NCBI GenBank assembly: GCA_965219085.1
Contig: OZ244720.1
Span: forward strand, 1,312,001 to 1,376,000
Reading direction: 5' to 3'
DNA length: 64,000 nucleotides
From: Dehalococcoidia bacterium
GTDB lineage: Bacteria; Chloroflexota; Dehalococcoidia; UBA2979
The notes under the pieces are model-generated. The model saw nothing but the letters and a program-made list of their open reading frames with translations, was not told the origin of the DNA and made no database searches. Shown here piece after piece: positions 9,146 to 18,463 of this stretch (positions within the stretch are counted from its first letter, which is position 1; each line of letters opens with the position of its first letter). A program made the position numbers and the translations under genes.

Positions 9146-9676
9146 CTAGCGACCCTGCGCCGCCAGCGCCGCCTCGACCTGGTCGAGGTGTCCATCGAGG
9201 TGCCCCGCCGCGCCACGCACGTGCTGGACGATCGAGCGGCGGCCCATCCCCGGGTGCAGCCCCGCGCGGCCCCACGAGGAGTCCGGGAGGTACTTCAGCA
9301 GCTCCTCGATCGCCTCGACTTCCTCGGTCAGCGAGGTGAGCAACTGCTCCGGCTCCTGCGAGGTCCACGCGTTGCGCTCCGCCTCCGCTTCGTCGTCGAC
9401 GACGGGAAGGACGGGGTCGGTCATCCACGCCATGCGCGTGACCTGGTCACGCAGCGCGCGCAGGTAGGCGATCATGTGGCCCAGCGCCCGCGACGCCGAC
9501 CACTCGCCCTCGGCGGGCTCGGCGTGTACAGCCGCGGCGCCCCTGCCTGCCAGCAGCTCGCGCGCACGCACGCCGAGGCGCGCCACAGCGTCGACATCGT
9601 CGACGTAGCGGCGGACCGCCCCCGTCACGAAGTCGATGCGGTTCTGCACGATGATGCGGTCGGGCTCGTTCGTCAT
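9146..9676 (-). CDS. DinB/YfiT-like protein
   Basis: WS....LGH, W.R.G.H, H...H..Q metal-binding pattern. Confidence 0.8.
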   Translation of the reverse strand: MTNEPDRIIVQNRIDFVTGAVRRYVDDVDAVARLGVRARELLAGRGAAAVHAEPAEGEWSASRALGHMIAYLRALRDQVTRMAWMTDPVLPVVDDEAEAERNAWTSQEPEQLLTSLTEEVEAIEELLKYLPDSSWGRAGLHPGMGRRSIVQHVRGAAGHLDGHLDQVEAALAAQGR

Positions 9677-9721
9677 TGCTCGCCTGCCCTCATGTCGCCC
9701 GGGCGGCCGCGCGCCCCGTTA

Positions 9722-10189
9722 CTACCCATCGACGACCTCGAGCTCGAGCGCGAGTTCGACCGGCGACTGCAACGGCAGCGAGGATACGCCGAGCGCGAGC
9801 CGCGTGCCTACGCCGGCGTCTTCGCCGAAGGCGTCGCGCAGCAGCTCGCTGGCCGCGTTGATCACCTGCGGGTGCTCGCCGAACTCAGGCGTGGCCGCCA
9901 CGTAGCCGGTGAGCCGCACCACGCGCAACCCCTCGAGGCTGCCGCGCAGCGCCTTCACCGCCGCGAGCGCGTTGAGCGTCGCCACCTGCGCGGCCTCGCG
10001 CGCGGTCTCGACGGTCTGCTGCGCGCCGACGGTCCCCGGGTGCACGATCGCGCCGTCGCGCATCGCGACCTGGCCGGAGACGAACACGTAGGGGCCGGAC
10101 TGCAGCGCCGGGCGGTACATGGCGAGGGCGCCTGGCGGATCGGGCAGCGTGAATCCGAGCTCCTCGAGCCGTGCTTCGACACTTCCCAT
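9722..10189 (-). CDS. RidA/YjgF family protein
   Basis: VFVSGQ, VINAASELL, R.ALGVSSLP...PVEL. Confidence 0.92.
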   Translation of the reverse strand: MGSVEARLEELGFTLPDPPGALAMYRPALQSGPYVFVSGQVAMRDGAIVHPGTVGAQQTVETAREAAQVATLNALAAVKALRGSLEGLRVVRLTGYVAATPEFGEHPQVINAASELLRDAFGEDAGVGTRLALGVSSLPLQSPVELALELEVVDG

Positions 10190-10289
10190 CACCCCGCCTC
10201 ACGTTGCCAGTCGCCGGATTCGCGCGCGCCGAGGCTCGCGCCTGCGCGCCGTCCGGTCAAGGCTCGGCGCCCAGGTCATTCCGGGAGCG

Positions 10290-11228
10290 CTACGAGAGCG
10301 CGTCCTCCGGCAGCAGCCGGTCGAGGACGCTGTTCAGCTCCTCGTCGCCGCCGAAGTGGATCGTCAGCGTGCCGCGGCCGCGCGATCCGCGGCGCAGCGA
10401 GACCTTCGTGCCCAGCTCGCGCCGCAGCGCCTCCACGACCGCCTCGATCTGCGGGTCGGGCGTCGGCGCGCGACGCGGCTTGCGCCCGCCGTCGGCCATG
10501 CGCTGCGCGAGCCGCTCGGTGTCGCGGACCGACAACCCCTCGCGCTGCACGCGCGCGAGCGCGTCGAGTTGGTCGCCGGGGTCGCGCAGCGCGAGCAGCG
10601 CGCGCGCGTGGCCCTCGCTGATCGCGCCGCCGACGAGCGCGGTCTGCGCCTGCTGCGACAGGTCAAGCAGGCGCAGCCGGTTGGTCACCGACGCGCGCGA
10701 GCGGCCGACGCGTTCCGCCACCTGTTGCTGCGTCAGCCCGTAGTCGTCGACGAGCCGCTTGTAGGCGCGCGACTCCTCCAGGGGGTTGAGGTCCTCGCGC
10801 TGCACGTTCTCGATCAGCGCCAGCACCAGCTGCTCGCGCGGCACGCTCTCGCGCACCGTCACCGGGACGGCCTCGAGGCCGGCGGCCTGGGCGGCGCGCA
10901 GGCGACGCTCGCCCGCGATGAGCTGGAAGCGCGGTCCGCCCGGCGAGCCGGGCTCGTCCGGCAGCTGCGTCACGAGCAGCGGCTGGAGCACGCCGTGCTC
11001 GCGCACCGACGCGGTCAGCTCCCCGAGCGCGTCGTCGTCGAACGCCGTGCGGGGCTGCTCCGGGTTCGGCGCGATCGAGTCGATCGGCGCCTCGTACACC
11101 GCCCCGAGCGCGCCCTGCTGCGGCTCGACGGACGTGTCGGGGATCAGCGCGCTGAGGCCTCTGCCGAGCCCTCGCGGCATGTCCGAGGACCTACGTGCTG
11201 TCCGTCCCTGTCCGTTGGTATCCACCAT
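10290..11228 (-). CDS. parB: chromosome partitioning protein ParB
   Basis: GLGRGLSALI, PNPEQPR, LIAGERRLRAA, ENVQREDLNPLEE, HTH; start may be 11180. Confidence 0.96.
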   Translation of the reverse strand: MVDTNGQGRTARRSSDMPRGLGRGLSALIPDTSVEPQQGALGAVYEAPIDSIAPNPEQPRTAFDDDALGELTASVREHGVLQPLLVTQLPDEPGSPGGPRFQLIAGERRLRAAQAAGLEAVPVTVRESVPREQLVLALIENVQREDLNPLEESRAYKRLVDDYGLTQQQVAERVGRSRASVTNRLRLLDLSQQAQTALVGGAISEGHARALLALRDPGDQLDALARVQREGLSVRDTERLAQRMADGGRKPRRAPTPDPQIEAVVEALRRELGTKVSLRRGSRGRGTLTIHFGGDEELNSVLDRLLPEDALS

Positions 11229-12009
11229 GGGATGCCTCCGCGATGGGGAGTGCGAGTTGTTCGAGCAGCTCGTCGGCGAGCTCCTCGTAGGCCACCGCGC
11301 CGCGTGAGCGCGGGTCGTAGCGCTGGATGGGCAACCCGTGGCTGGGCGCCTCGGACAGCCGCACCGAGCGCGGGATGACGCTGCTGAAGGTATTGTCGAA
11401 GTGCTCGCGCACCTCGGCCTCCACCTGGTGTGCGAGGTTCGTGCGTCCATCGAACATGGTGAGCACGATACCGCGCACCATCAGCTCCGGGTTGAGGTTG
11501 CGGCGCACCAGTTCGATGGTCTGCGAGAGGTGCGCGAGGCCCTCGAGGGCGAGGTACTCGGCCTGCACGGGGATCAGCACCTCGTTCGCCGCCGCGAGGG
11601 CGTTGACCGTGAGCAGGCCCAGCGACGGCGGGCAGTCGATCAGCGTCACGTCGTAGCGCTCGGCCACGGGTTCGAGGGTGCGCCGCATCCGGAACTCGCG
11701 CGCCATCACCGAGACCAGCTCGACCTCCGCGCCCGCGAGGTGCAGCGTCGCCGGCGCGAGGTCGAGGCCGGGCGTGCCCGTCGCGACGATCGCCTCGGCG
11801 AGCGACTGCTCGCCCACGAGCGACTCGTAGAGCCCACCCGCCCCACGGCTCGCGCCCTGTCCGAGCCCCGAGGTGGCGTTGGCCTGCGGGTCGGCGTCGA
11901 CGAGCAACACGCGCAGGCCGCGCGCGGCGAGGCCGGCGGCGAGCGAGATGGCGGTCGTCGTCTTGCCGACGCCGCCCTTCTGGTTCACCACCGCAATCGT
12001 CAGGCTCAC
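11191..12009 (-). CDS. parA: ParA/Soj ATPase
   Basis: NQKGGVGKTT deviant Walker A, DPQANAT, IDCPPSLG. Confidence 0.96.
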   Translation of the reverse strand: MSLTIAVVNQKGGVGKTTTAISLAAGLAARGLRVLLVDADPQANATSGLGQGASRGAGGLYESLVGEQSLAEAIVATGTPGLDLAPATLHLAGAEVELVSVMAREFRMRRTLEPVAERYDVTLIDCPPSLGLLTVNALAAANEVLIPVQAEYLALEGLAHLSQTIELVRRNLNPELMVRGIVLTMFDGRTNLAHQVEAEVREHFDNTFSSVIPRSVRLSEAPSHGLPIQRYDPRSRGAVAYEELADELLEQLALPIAEASHGGYQRTGTDST

Positions 12010-12872
12010 CGCGCCGCCCCCTCTGGTGCAGCGAGCGAACTCGCGATGTCGGGGAGGCGCACCGGCCCGGCGTGCTCGACGGTGGCTGCCGCCACCCGCG
12101 CGGCGAGGGCGCCCGCGCGATCCTCGCTTGCCCCGCACGCGAGCGCGGCCGTGAACGCCGCCGCGAAGGCGTCGCCCGCACCGGTCGTGTCGATGGGGGT
12201 CGCGGGTGAGGCGTCGACGTGCAGCACCTCGTGGCCCGCGCGATACACATCCGCGCCGTCCGCGCCGCGCGTCACCACGACGCGCGCGCACGACGCCACG
12301 AGGTCCTCGACGGCCCCGCGCGGCCACGGCGCGACTTCCTCGCGCGACAGGAACACGGACGTGCGCACGCCGCACGCGGCGAGCAGCGCCGCGGCCGGCT
12401 CAGCGAGGAGCGTCACCGCGCCGTCGCTCGCGCCGTGGCGCTGCAACCCTTGCGCCATAAGGGCGATCCAGGATGCCGGCAGTGCCGCGAACGACTTGAC
12501 GTCGATGTCGTCTGGGAGCAGCGGGGCGAGGATGAGCGCGTCCGCGTCGCGCCATGAGGCCGGGAGGTCTCCCGCGGTCAGCGCCCGGTCCGGCGTCGAC
12601 ACCACGCGCAGCCGACGCTCCGCGCCCTCCACGTCGTGCGCGAAGCGGAGGGCGGTCGTTGTGTGTACGAACTCGTGTTCGTGCACGTCAAAGGCTTCGA
12701 GGCTTGCGCGGGGCGGGGCCGAGACGAGCACGCGGGCACGGATACCGAGCGCTTCGAGCGCGCGCGCCGCGTAGGGCGCCGCCCCGCCGGGGCGGGTCGC
12801 GCTGCCGAAGCGGTCCTCGGTGACCGCTCCCACGACGACGAGCTGCGGCGGTCCGCGGCGTGCTTCGCTCAT
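12006..12872 (-). CDS. PfkB family carbohydrate kinase
   Basis: PGGA N-terminal motif, VTRGADG, DTTGAGDAF. Confidence 0.9.
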   Translation of the reverse strand: MSEARRGPPQLVVVGAVTEDRFGSATRPGGAAPYAARALEALGIRARVLVSAPPRASLEAFDVHEHEFVHTTTALRFAHDVEGAERRLRVVSTPDRALTAGDLPASWRDADALILAPLLPDDIDVKSFAALPASWIALMAQGLQRHGASDGAVTLLAEPAAALLAACGVRTSVFLSREEVAPWPRGAVEDLVASCARVVVTRGADGADVYRAGHEVLHVDASPATPIDTTGAGDAFAAAFTAALACGASEDRAGALAARVAAATVEHAGPVRLPDIASSLAAPEGAAR

Positions 12873-12895
12873 ACACGGCGGCCGGCGTGCACGAT

Positions 12896-14215
12896 CTACC
12901 GCTCCCCGGCCGTGTCCTCCTCGGTGTCCTTGTCCCTGGTGTCGTCGTCGGCGGCGTCCTCGTCCCGAACGTCCTCGTCCTCGGCGTCGTCTGCTCCCGG
13001 ATCCTCGTCCGCGGCTTCGTCGTCGCCGGTATCATCGCCGGTGTCCTCGTACTCACCCTCGCTGAGGTAGTCGTCGGCGCCGGGCTCGCCCGGCATCACC
13101 TCGACCTGGCGATCGCTGCCGCGGCCGACGCTTTCGGTGGCCACGCCAGCCTCTTCGCTGAGGGCGAGGTGGATGATGCGGCGCTCGGCGGCGGGCATGG
13201 GTTCCAGGGTGATCACATCGCCGGTCTCGCGCACCTCGTCGGCCACGCGATGCGCCATCTCCACCAGCGAATCCTCGCGGCGGCGGCGGTACCCCTCGAT
13301 GTCCACGCCGAAGACCATGTCCTGGTCGTCGTAGTTGCGGCCCACCATCACGTTCAGCAGGTACTGCAACGAGCCGAGCGTCTCGCCGCGGCGGCCGATC
13401 AGGAGCCCGAGTTCGTCCGAGGCGTCCTCGGTCATGCCGCTGACGTCGAAGATCTGCGTGACGCGGCCCTGGCCGTCGCCCGGCGTCTCCGGCTCGCGCG
13501 CCTCGATCTCGGTGTCCTCGAGGCCGAGCAGCGTCAGCAGGTCACGCAGCGCGCGTCCCGCGAAGTCGACCTCGTCCTCGGCGTCCGACGAGGGTTGCAG
13601 CGGTGGGTCTTCGGGAGCACCGGGCACCGTCGTCGGGACCTCTACGGCCGGGCCACGCGGTTCGCGGCGGTCGCCGCGTCCGCCCATGTCGCGCCCGCGA
13701 CCGCCCGAGTCCCTGCCACGGCCGCCCGCGTTCCCGCCGCGGCCACGCTGCCGGTTCCGGGGCTCTCCACGCGGGGCGGACCGCTCCTCGCGGGCGCCGT
13801 CCTCGGCTCCGCCCTCCTCGCGGGCGCGCTCGCGGCCCTCGCGGAGCTGATCCTCGCGGGTGTTGCCGTCCCCGTCGCGCGCTTCGCCGCCGGAACGGCC
13901 ACCGCCGCCACCGCCGCGGCGACGCCCACGCCGGCGCCGGCGTGGGCGTCCGTCGCGCTCACCATCGCCGCCACCGGGGGCGCCATCGCCGCCGCCACCA
14001 CCACGTCGGGCGGGGGCGCCGGTGGCTACGCCGGAGATCGAGTCGCCATGGGTGGTGACGCGGACGATCGCGTCCTCGCCGCCGATGCCGAAGAGGCCTC
14101 GCTTACCTTCGCGAATCACCTCGACGTCGACGTGGTCGCGGCTGACCCCGAGTCTGGCGAGCGCCCGATCGACGGCGTCGTCGACTGTTCGCCCGCTGAC
14201 CTCTTCGACCGTCAT
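12896..14215 (-). CDS. khpB: Jag/KhpB (EloR) RNA-binding protein
   Basis: Jag_N (GRTVDDAV..AL..LG, KRGLFGIG), Arg/Gly-rich linker, KH (LIGRRGETL), R3H (AERRIIH), acidic tail. Confidence 0.93.
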   Translation of the reverse strand: MTVEEVSGRTVDDAVDRALARLGVSRDHVDVEVIREGKRGLFGIGGEDAIVRVTTHGDSISGVATGAPARRGGGGGDGAPGGGDGERDGRPRRRRRGRRRGGGGGGRSGGEARDGDGNTREDQLREGRERAREEGGAEDGAREERSAPRGEPRNRQRGRGGNAGGRGRDSGGRGRDMGGRGDRREPRGPAVEVPTTVPGAPEDPPLQPSSDAEDEVDFAGRALRDLLTLLGLEDTEIEAREPETPGDGQGRVTQIFDVSGMTEDASDELGLLIGRRGETLGSLQYLLNVMVGRNYDDQDMVFGVDIEGYRRRREDSLVEMAHRVADEVRETGDVITLEPMPAAERRIIHLALSEEAGVATESVGRGSDRQVEVMPGEPGADDYLSEGEYEDTGDDTGDDEAADEDPGADDAEDEDVRDEDAADDDTRDKDTEEDTAGER

Positions 14216-15305
14216 CTGTCTCCCCTGTCTCTGCGGTCTCCCCGTTCGCCCCGGCGCTGGCCGCCTCGGGCGCATTGTCATCGTCGTCGGCCGCCTGCGT
14301 CGCGGCGCTTGTCGCGCCGCTGCCCGATGCGGCCAGCGCCGGCAGGCCGACGCGTTCCCGGACCAGGTTCGGGATGAGCGAGCCCCACGTGAAGTCGCCG
14401 GGGCCCACGAACACCCACTGCAGCACCAGGCCAATCAGCGTGCTCGCCGCCCAGTAGAGCCCGAGCCCCGCCGGCACCACCAACGCGAACCACCCGAACA
14501 TCGCGGGCAGCATCCACTGCATCATCTGGTTCATCTGCGCCTGCTGCGACCCCGGCCGCGAGAGCGATCGCGCCGACGAGATGCGCTGCGTCAGCCACAT
14601 CGAGGCAAAGATCACGGCCACGAGTAGCACGTTGCCGTTCGACGAGAGGTCCATGCCGAGGAACCCGGTATCGAACGGCAACGCCGACTGCACCAGCTGG
14701 AAGTCGTAGAGCCGGTCGCTGAGCTTCAGCACGTCCTCGGGGTGCTGGGACAGCGTGGTGCGGATCACGATGTAGAGCCCGATGAACACAGGGAACTGGA
14801 GCAGCTGCGGGCCGAGGCAGCCGAGCGGGTTCACCCCGCCCCGGATCGACTTGCGCGCGCGGTTCGCGGCGCGTGCCGGCGCGTCGGCCAGCTCGACGGA
14901 GTGGACGCGCGAGAGGTGGCGCTCGTACTCCTTGATCAGTTCGTCCTTGTTGGTGTCTTGCGCCTTCCAGTCGCACTCGACGGAGTGGCCGAGCACGGCC
15001 GCCGCGACGCCGCCGCCCTCGCACGTGAGGGTCTTGCGGCGGTAGAGCTTCATCTGCTCCTCGGAGCGCCGCTTCGGGTCCTTGTAGCGCTTCTGGATCG
15101 CCTCCATGTCAGGCTGCAGCTCCTGCAGCCCGCGCGCGGCGCGCAGCGTGCGCAGCGTAAGCGGGAAGGTGACCACGCGCGTGAGGATCGTGAACACGAG
15201 AATGGCGACGCCGTACGACCCGAACGAGAGCACGGTCAGCAGCACCATCAGGTTGATGAGCGGGTTCTCAAGGAACGTCTGCCAGACGGCGCCGATTGGG
15301 AGCAT
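14103..15305 (-). CDS. yidC: membrane protein insertase YidC with internal Cys/His insertion
   Basis: YGVAILVFTI..R, LQP....IQKRYK, MKLY...GVNPLGCL..LLQFPVF, PAGLGLYW; synteny with rnpA/yidD/jag. Confidence 0.93.
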   Translation of the reverse strand: MLPIGAVWQTFLENPLINLMVLLTVLSFGSYGVAILVFTILTRVVTFPLTLRTLRAARGLQELQPDMEAIQKRYKDPKRRSEEQMKLYRRKTLTCEGGGVAAAVLGHSVECDWKAQDTNKDELIKEYERHLSRVHSVELADAPARAANRARKSIRGGVNPLGCLGPQLLQFPVFIGLYIVIRTTLSQHPEDVLKLSDRLYDFQLVQSALPFDTGFLGMDLSSNGNVLLVAVIFASMWLTQRISSARSLSRPGSQQAQMNQMMQWMLPAMFGWFALVVPAGLGLYWAASTLIGLVLQWVFVGPGDFTWGSLIPNLVRERVGLPALAASGSGATSAATQAADDDDNAPEAASAGANGETAETGETDDGRRGQRANSRRRRRSGARQTRGQPRPRRRRGDSRR

Positions 15306-15311
15306 GGCCGG

Positions 15312-16448
15312 CTAGCTCCCCTCGAAGAGGACGGTCGCCGTCCCGTTGCGGGGATCGACGGAGATCAGGTCGCCGCGGTCAGTGACGTACAGGATGGCTG
15401 ATTCTAGCACCAGCGGATCGCCAAGCAGCTTGCCCTCCGCCAGCGTCTCCTGCCACTGTCGCACGCCAGTTGCCGGGTCGAGCCCGAACAGCACGCCCTC
15501 GCGCAACGCGACGACGAGCACGCCGCCGGCCAGCACGGGCTGCGCGCGTATCTCGCTGTCGAGCTCCCGGAACTGCCACAACTCGTTACCGCTGCGGCTG
15601 TCGAGCGCGTAGACGGAGCCATTCGTCGTGGAGGCGTACAGCGTGTCGCCGTCGAGCAGCGGTCGCGACCAGAACCAGCCGTCTCCGTCGAAGCGCCAAC
15701 GCTCCGCGCCGTCGGCCAGCACGTCGAGTGCGTACATGCGGCGGTCGAGCGCACCGACGTAGAGCGTCTCGCCGTCGAGCAGGAGGTCGCCGGCGACGGC
15801 GCCCTCGAGTGCGAGCGTCCACAGCTCGCCGCCGTTGCGGTCGACGGCGCGCACGTGGCGATCGAGGCCGGCGACGTAGATGGCGGCGCCGCTCACTGCG
15901 GGCCGCGCCCAGAAGCGCTCCCTGCCCGCGGCCAGGCTCGCGCCGGTGGCGCCGGTCTCGGCGTTCAGGGGTATCAGCTCGCCGCCCTCGGTCGGCACGT
16001 AGAGGACGCCGCCGTGCAGGACCGGGGTGCCGACAATCTGGTCGGGCAGCTCGCGCAGCCATGCCACGCGTGGGCCGCCGCCCGTGATGTCGAGCACGAG
16101 GACCTGGCCGGAGAAGGCGGCGAGGTAGATGAAGCTGCCGTCGACGATCGGTGTCGCGTAGAACGCCTCGAAGTCATCGAGGTCGTCGCGGTCGACCCCT
16201 GCGGGGAGCGCGGCGTCCTCGGGGAAGCGCCAGGCAATGCGCGCCGGGCCGCCGCCGAGCTGGATGGCGGTGAACTTGCCGCGCTCTTCCTGCACGAGCA
16301 CGCTCCCCCCGGCCTCAACGGGTGCGGCCCAGCCGTCGGGGCTGCCGAGGTCCGTGGCGCAGCCGACGGCGAGCAGCACGAGCAGCGCGAGCGCACCCGT
16401 GAGCGGTGCGCGGGAGTGCGCGCGCAGGCGATGTTTCACGTGAAACAT
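15312..16448 (-). CDS. PQQ-binding-like beta-propeller lipoprotein (start uncertain)
   Basis: lipobox LAVGC; repeated YALD...G...W blades; the called start MFHVKH coincides with parS. Confidence 0.85.
   Translation of the reverse strand: MFHVKHRLRAHSRAPLTGALALLVLLAVGCATDLGSPDGWAAPVEAGGSVLVQEERGKFTAIQLGGGPARIAWRFPEDAALPAGVDRDDLDDFEAFYATPIVDGSFIYLAAFSGQVLVLDITGGGPRVAWLRELPDQIVGTPVLHGGVLYVPTEGGELIPLNAETGATGASLAAGRERFWARPAVSGAAIYVAGLDRHVRAVDRNGGELWTLALEGAVAGDLLLDGETLYVGALDRRMYALDVLADGAERWRFDGDGWFWSRPLLDGDTLYASTTNGSVYALDSRSGNELWQFRELDSEIRAQPVLAGGVLVVALREGVLFGLDPATGVRQWQETLAEGKLLGDPLVLESAILYVTDRGDLISVDPRNGTATVLFEGS
16432..16447. promoter_or_regulatory. parS: parS centromere-like site
   Basis: perfect TGTTTCACGTGAAACA palindrome (extends to 16429-16450), ~4.4 kb from parA. 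Confidence 0.93.
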
Positions 16449-16480
16449 CGCGCGGAGGACGACGAGTGATCGCGTGCGGT

Positions 16481-16783
16481 TCAGTGCGCTTTCGACTCTT
16501 CAGGTTCGCCGGCGGGCCCGATCCCCGAGCTCAGAGGTCCCACGACGATGTGTGCCTCGTGATTGCCCCGGTACGGCGGAACCGGGTCGTAGCCCCCCGC
16601 GCGGCCGGGGTGACAACGCCCCAGCCTGCGCGCGGCGAGCCAGACCCCCCGCCACGGGCCGTGGCGATCGATGGCTTCGTATGCGTATTGCGAACATGTG
16701 GGCTGATATCGGCACGCCGGCCCCGTCCGCACGGAGATCGACCGCTGGTAGAAGCGGATCGCCGACTGCATCAGCGCCTTCAC
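16481..16783 (-). CDS. yidD: membrane protein insertion efficiency factor YidD
   Basis: [24 protein letters not shown]...GGYDPVP. Confidence 0.95.
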   Translation of the reverse strand: MKALMQSAIRFYQRSISVRTGPACRYQPTCSQYAYEAIDRHGPWRGVWLAARRLGRCHPGRAGGYDPVPPYRGNHEAHIVVGPLSSGIGPAGEPEESKAH

Positions 16784-17154
16784 GCGTTCTCGTCCATCCT
16801 CGCCAGCGCCTCGGCGATGGTCTCGCCGATGGCTGCGCGTAGCTCCTCGAAGCTCGCATGCGCGATGCCCGGGTTGGCCGAGACCAGCACGTCGAAGCCG
16901 CTTCCCGGCGGCAATGCGCGCATCAATTCGCGCAGCCGGCGGCGGACGCGGTTGCGGACAACGGCGCCGCCCACGCGGCGGCTGACGGCGAATCCGTAGC
17001 GGACGCGGCCCAGCCCGTTGCGCCGAACCCGAACAGCGAACAGCCGGTGTCGTCGCGCCCGGCCGCGGCGCGCCACCGCGTCGAAGTCCGCACGACGCCG
17101 CAGCGATTCAATCCGCGGGGTGGGACGAGGAGGCGCGCAGGCGGCCGGAGGCAT
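16780..17154 (-). CDS. rnpA: ribonuclease P protein component
   Basis: [25 protein letters not shown]. Confidence 0.95.
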   Translation of the reverse strand: MPPAACAPPRPTPRIESLRRRADFDAVARRGRARRHRLFAVRVRRNGLGRVRYGFAVSRRVGGAVVRNRVRRRLRELMRALPPGSGFDVLVSANPGIAHASFEELRAAIGETIAEALARMDENA

Positions 17155-17174
17155 GGCACGGACCGCAGCCGTTG

Positions 17175-17312
17175 CTAAACCGCGAGGCGCGTGCGCCCGC
17201 GTGCGCGACGCCGCCGGATGACCTCGCGGCCACTACGCGACGACATGCGCGCGCGGAAGCCGTGCTTGCGCTTGCGCGGGAGTCGCTTGGGCTGCCAGGT
17301 CCGCTTCGGCAC
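17175..17312 (-). CDS. rpmH: 50S ribosomal protein L34 (not in ORF track)
   Basis: [45 protein letters not shown]; GTG start with AAGGAG RBS. Confidence 0.97.
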   Translation of the reverse strand: MPKRTWQPKRLPRKRKHGFRARMSSRSGREVIRRRRARGRTRLAV

Positions 17313-17485
17313 GTGGCCGCTCCTTCGTGCACCTGCTCACAAGGTCGAATCCGAGTATAGGGTCGGCAATCGCGCGCGAGCAATCGCGCACCCCGCGGGA
17401 CGGGGGCGCGCGCAGCGGGCAGTGTTGGTAGACTCGCCCCACACGGCCGGTGCAGCGGCGGACGTGCAGTACGAGGAGCGGACGG

Positions 17486-17788
17486 ATGCGGGTGGCGGCA
17501 CACCTGAGTGCAGTGCGCGGGCGACTGCTCGCGGCGACCCTCGGCGTGACGGCGGCGGCGATGCCGCACGTCGCGGCTGCGAACCATGACCCGTCGCGTG
17601 CGCTGGCGGTTCCGGGTGACACCGGGACCGTGGTCGCGCTGGTCGCTCTTGGCATCGCGGCGTTGTTCGGCGTGACCTCGGTGGCCTTCCTGTACCGCAA
17701 GCAGCGCGGCCTGCACTGGGACTATCAGCTCCCGGACGGCGCGCTGTCCGAGGCCGAGGGCGAGTCCGCCGACCACGACAGCCACTAG
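17486..17788 (+). CDS. small exported/membrane protein
   Basis: GAGGAG RBS; signal-peptide-like N-terminus, one TM helix, RKQR. Confidence 0.65.
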   Translation: MRVAAHLSAVRGRLLAATLGVTAAAMPHVAAANHDPSRALAVPGDTGTVVALVALGIAALFGVTSVAFLYRKQRGLHWDYQLPDGALSEAEGESADHDSH

Positions 17789-17853
17789 CCGCCGCCCATC
17801 CGCGGCGAAACTCGACCGGCCATCCGGCCGACCGAGCGAGCGAGGAGAATGAG

Positions 17854-18309
17854 ATGCTGGACCCAGGCGCACAGATGCCGGAGTTCTCGCTCCGCGATCC
17901 CGATCGGGAGCGATTCACGAACGAGAACCTGATGGGGGAGATCGCGGTCATCGCCTTCTACCCCATGTCCTTCACCGGTGGCTGAACGATGGAGATGGAG
18001 GGCTTCCAGTCGCGTCTCGCGGACATGGCAGCCCTCGGAGCCCGCGTGGTGGGCGTGAGTTCAGACACCTGGGCGACGCAAGGAGCGTTCGCCGAAGCGA
18101 TTGGGGCCGAGTTCCCGATCCTGTCCGATTGGCCGAACTACCGGACCATCGAAGCCTTCGGCGTCGGCGTGGAACGCGGCCCGACGGCCATGCGCGTGAC
18201 CTTCGTCTTCGGCGCCGACGGCGTGCTGAGCGAACGGTTCGACGGGCAGGGCGACATGGACGCGCACTCCGCGTTCGCCCTCGATGCGGTGCAGCGGCTC
18301 AACAACTAG
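17854..18309 (+). CDS. peroxiredoxin (AhpC/TSA family), selenocysteine-containing; in-frame UGA at 17983-17985
   Basis: MLDPGAQMPEFSL...AFYPMSFTGG-UGA-TMEM continues in frame into VVGVSSD...FPILSD...RVTFV; UGA at the Cys of PxxxTxxC. Confidence 0.88.
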
Positions 18310-18463
18310 CCGCCGAACCGTCCATCCCGAAACGAGACCATCACCCGTCCGGGGTACCGCGCGCGGCGCGGCCCCGGATGGCGTGGCTGAGGGCCGCTTC
18401 CGCAGCCCTCCTTCGTGTCTGGTCGGCTGATGGTGTTCCGCGCCCGCAGGCGCGCCTGCCGGT

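Noticed and set aside
16431-16448. MFHVKH as a meaningful protein motif
   Set aside because: It is the translation of the parS palindrome; the true start of the lipoprotein is uncertain.
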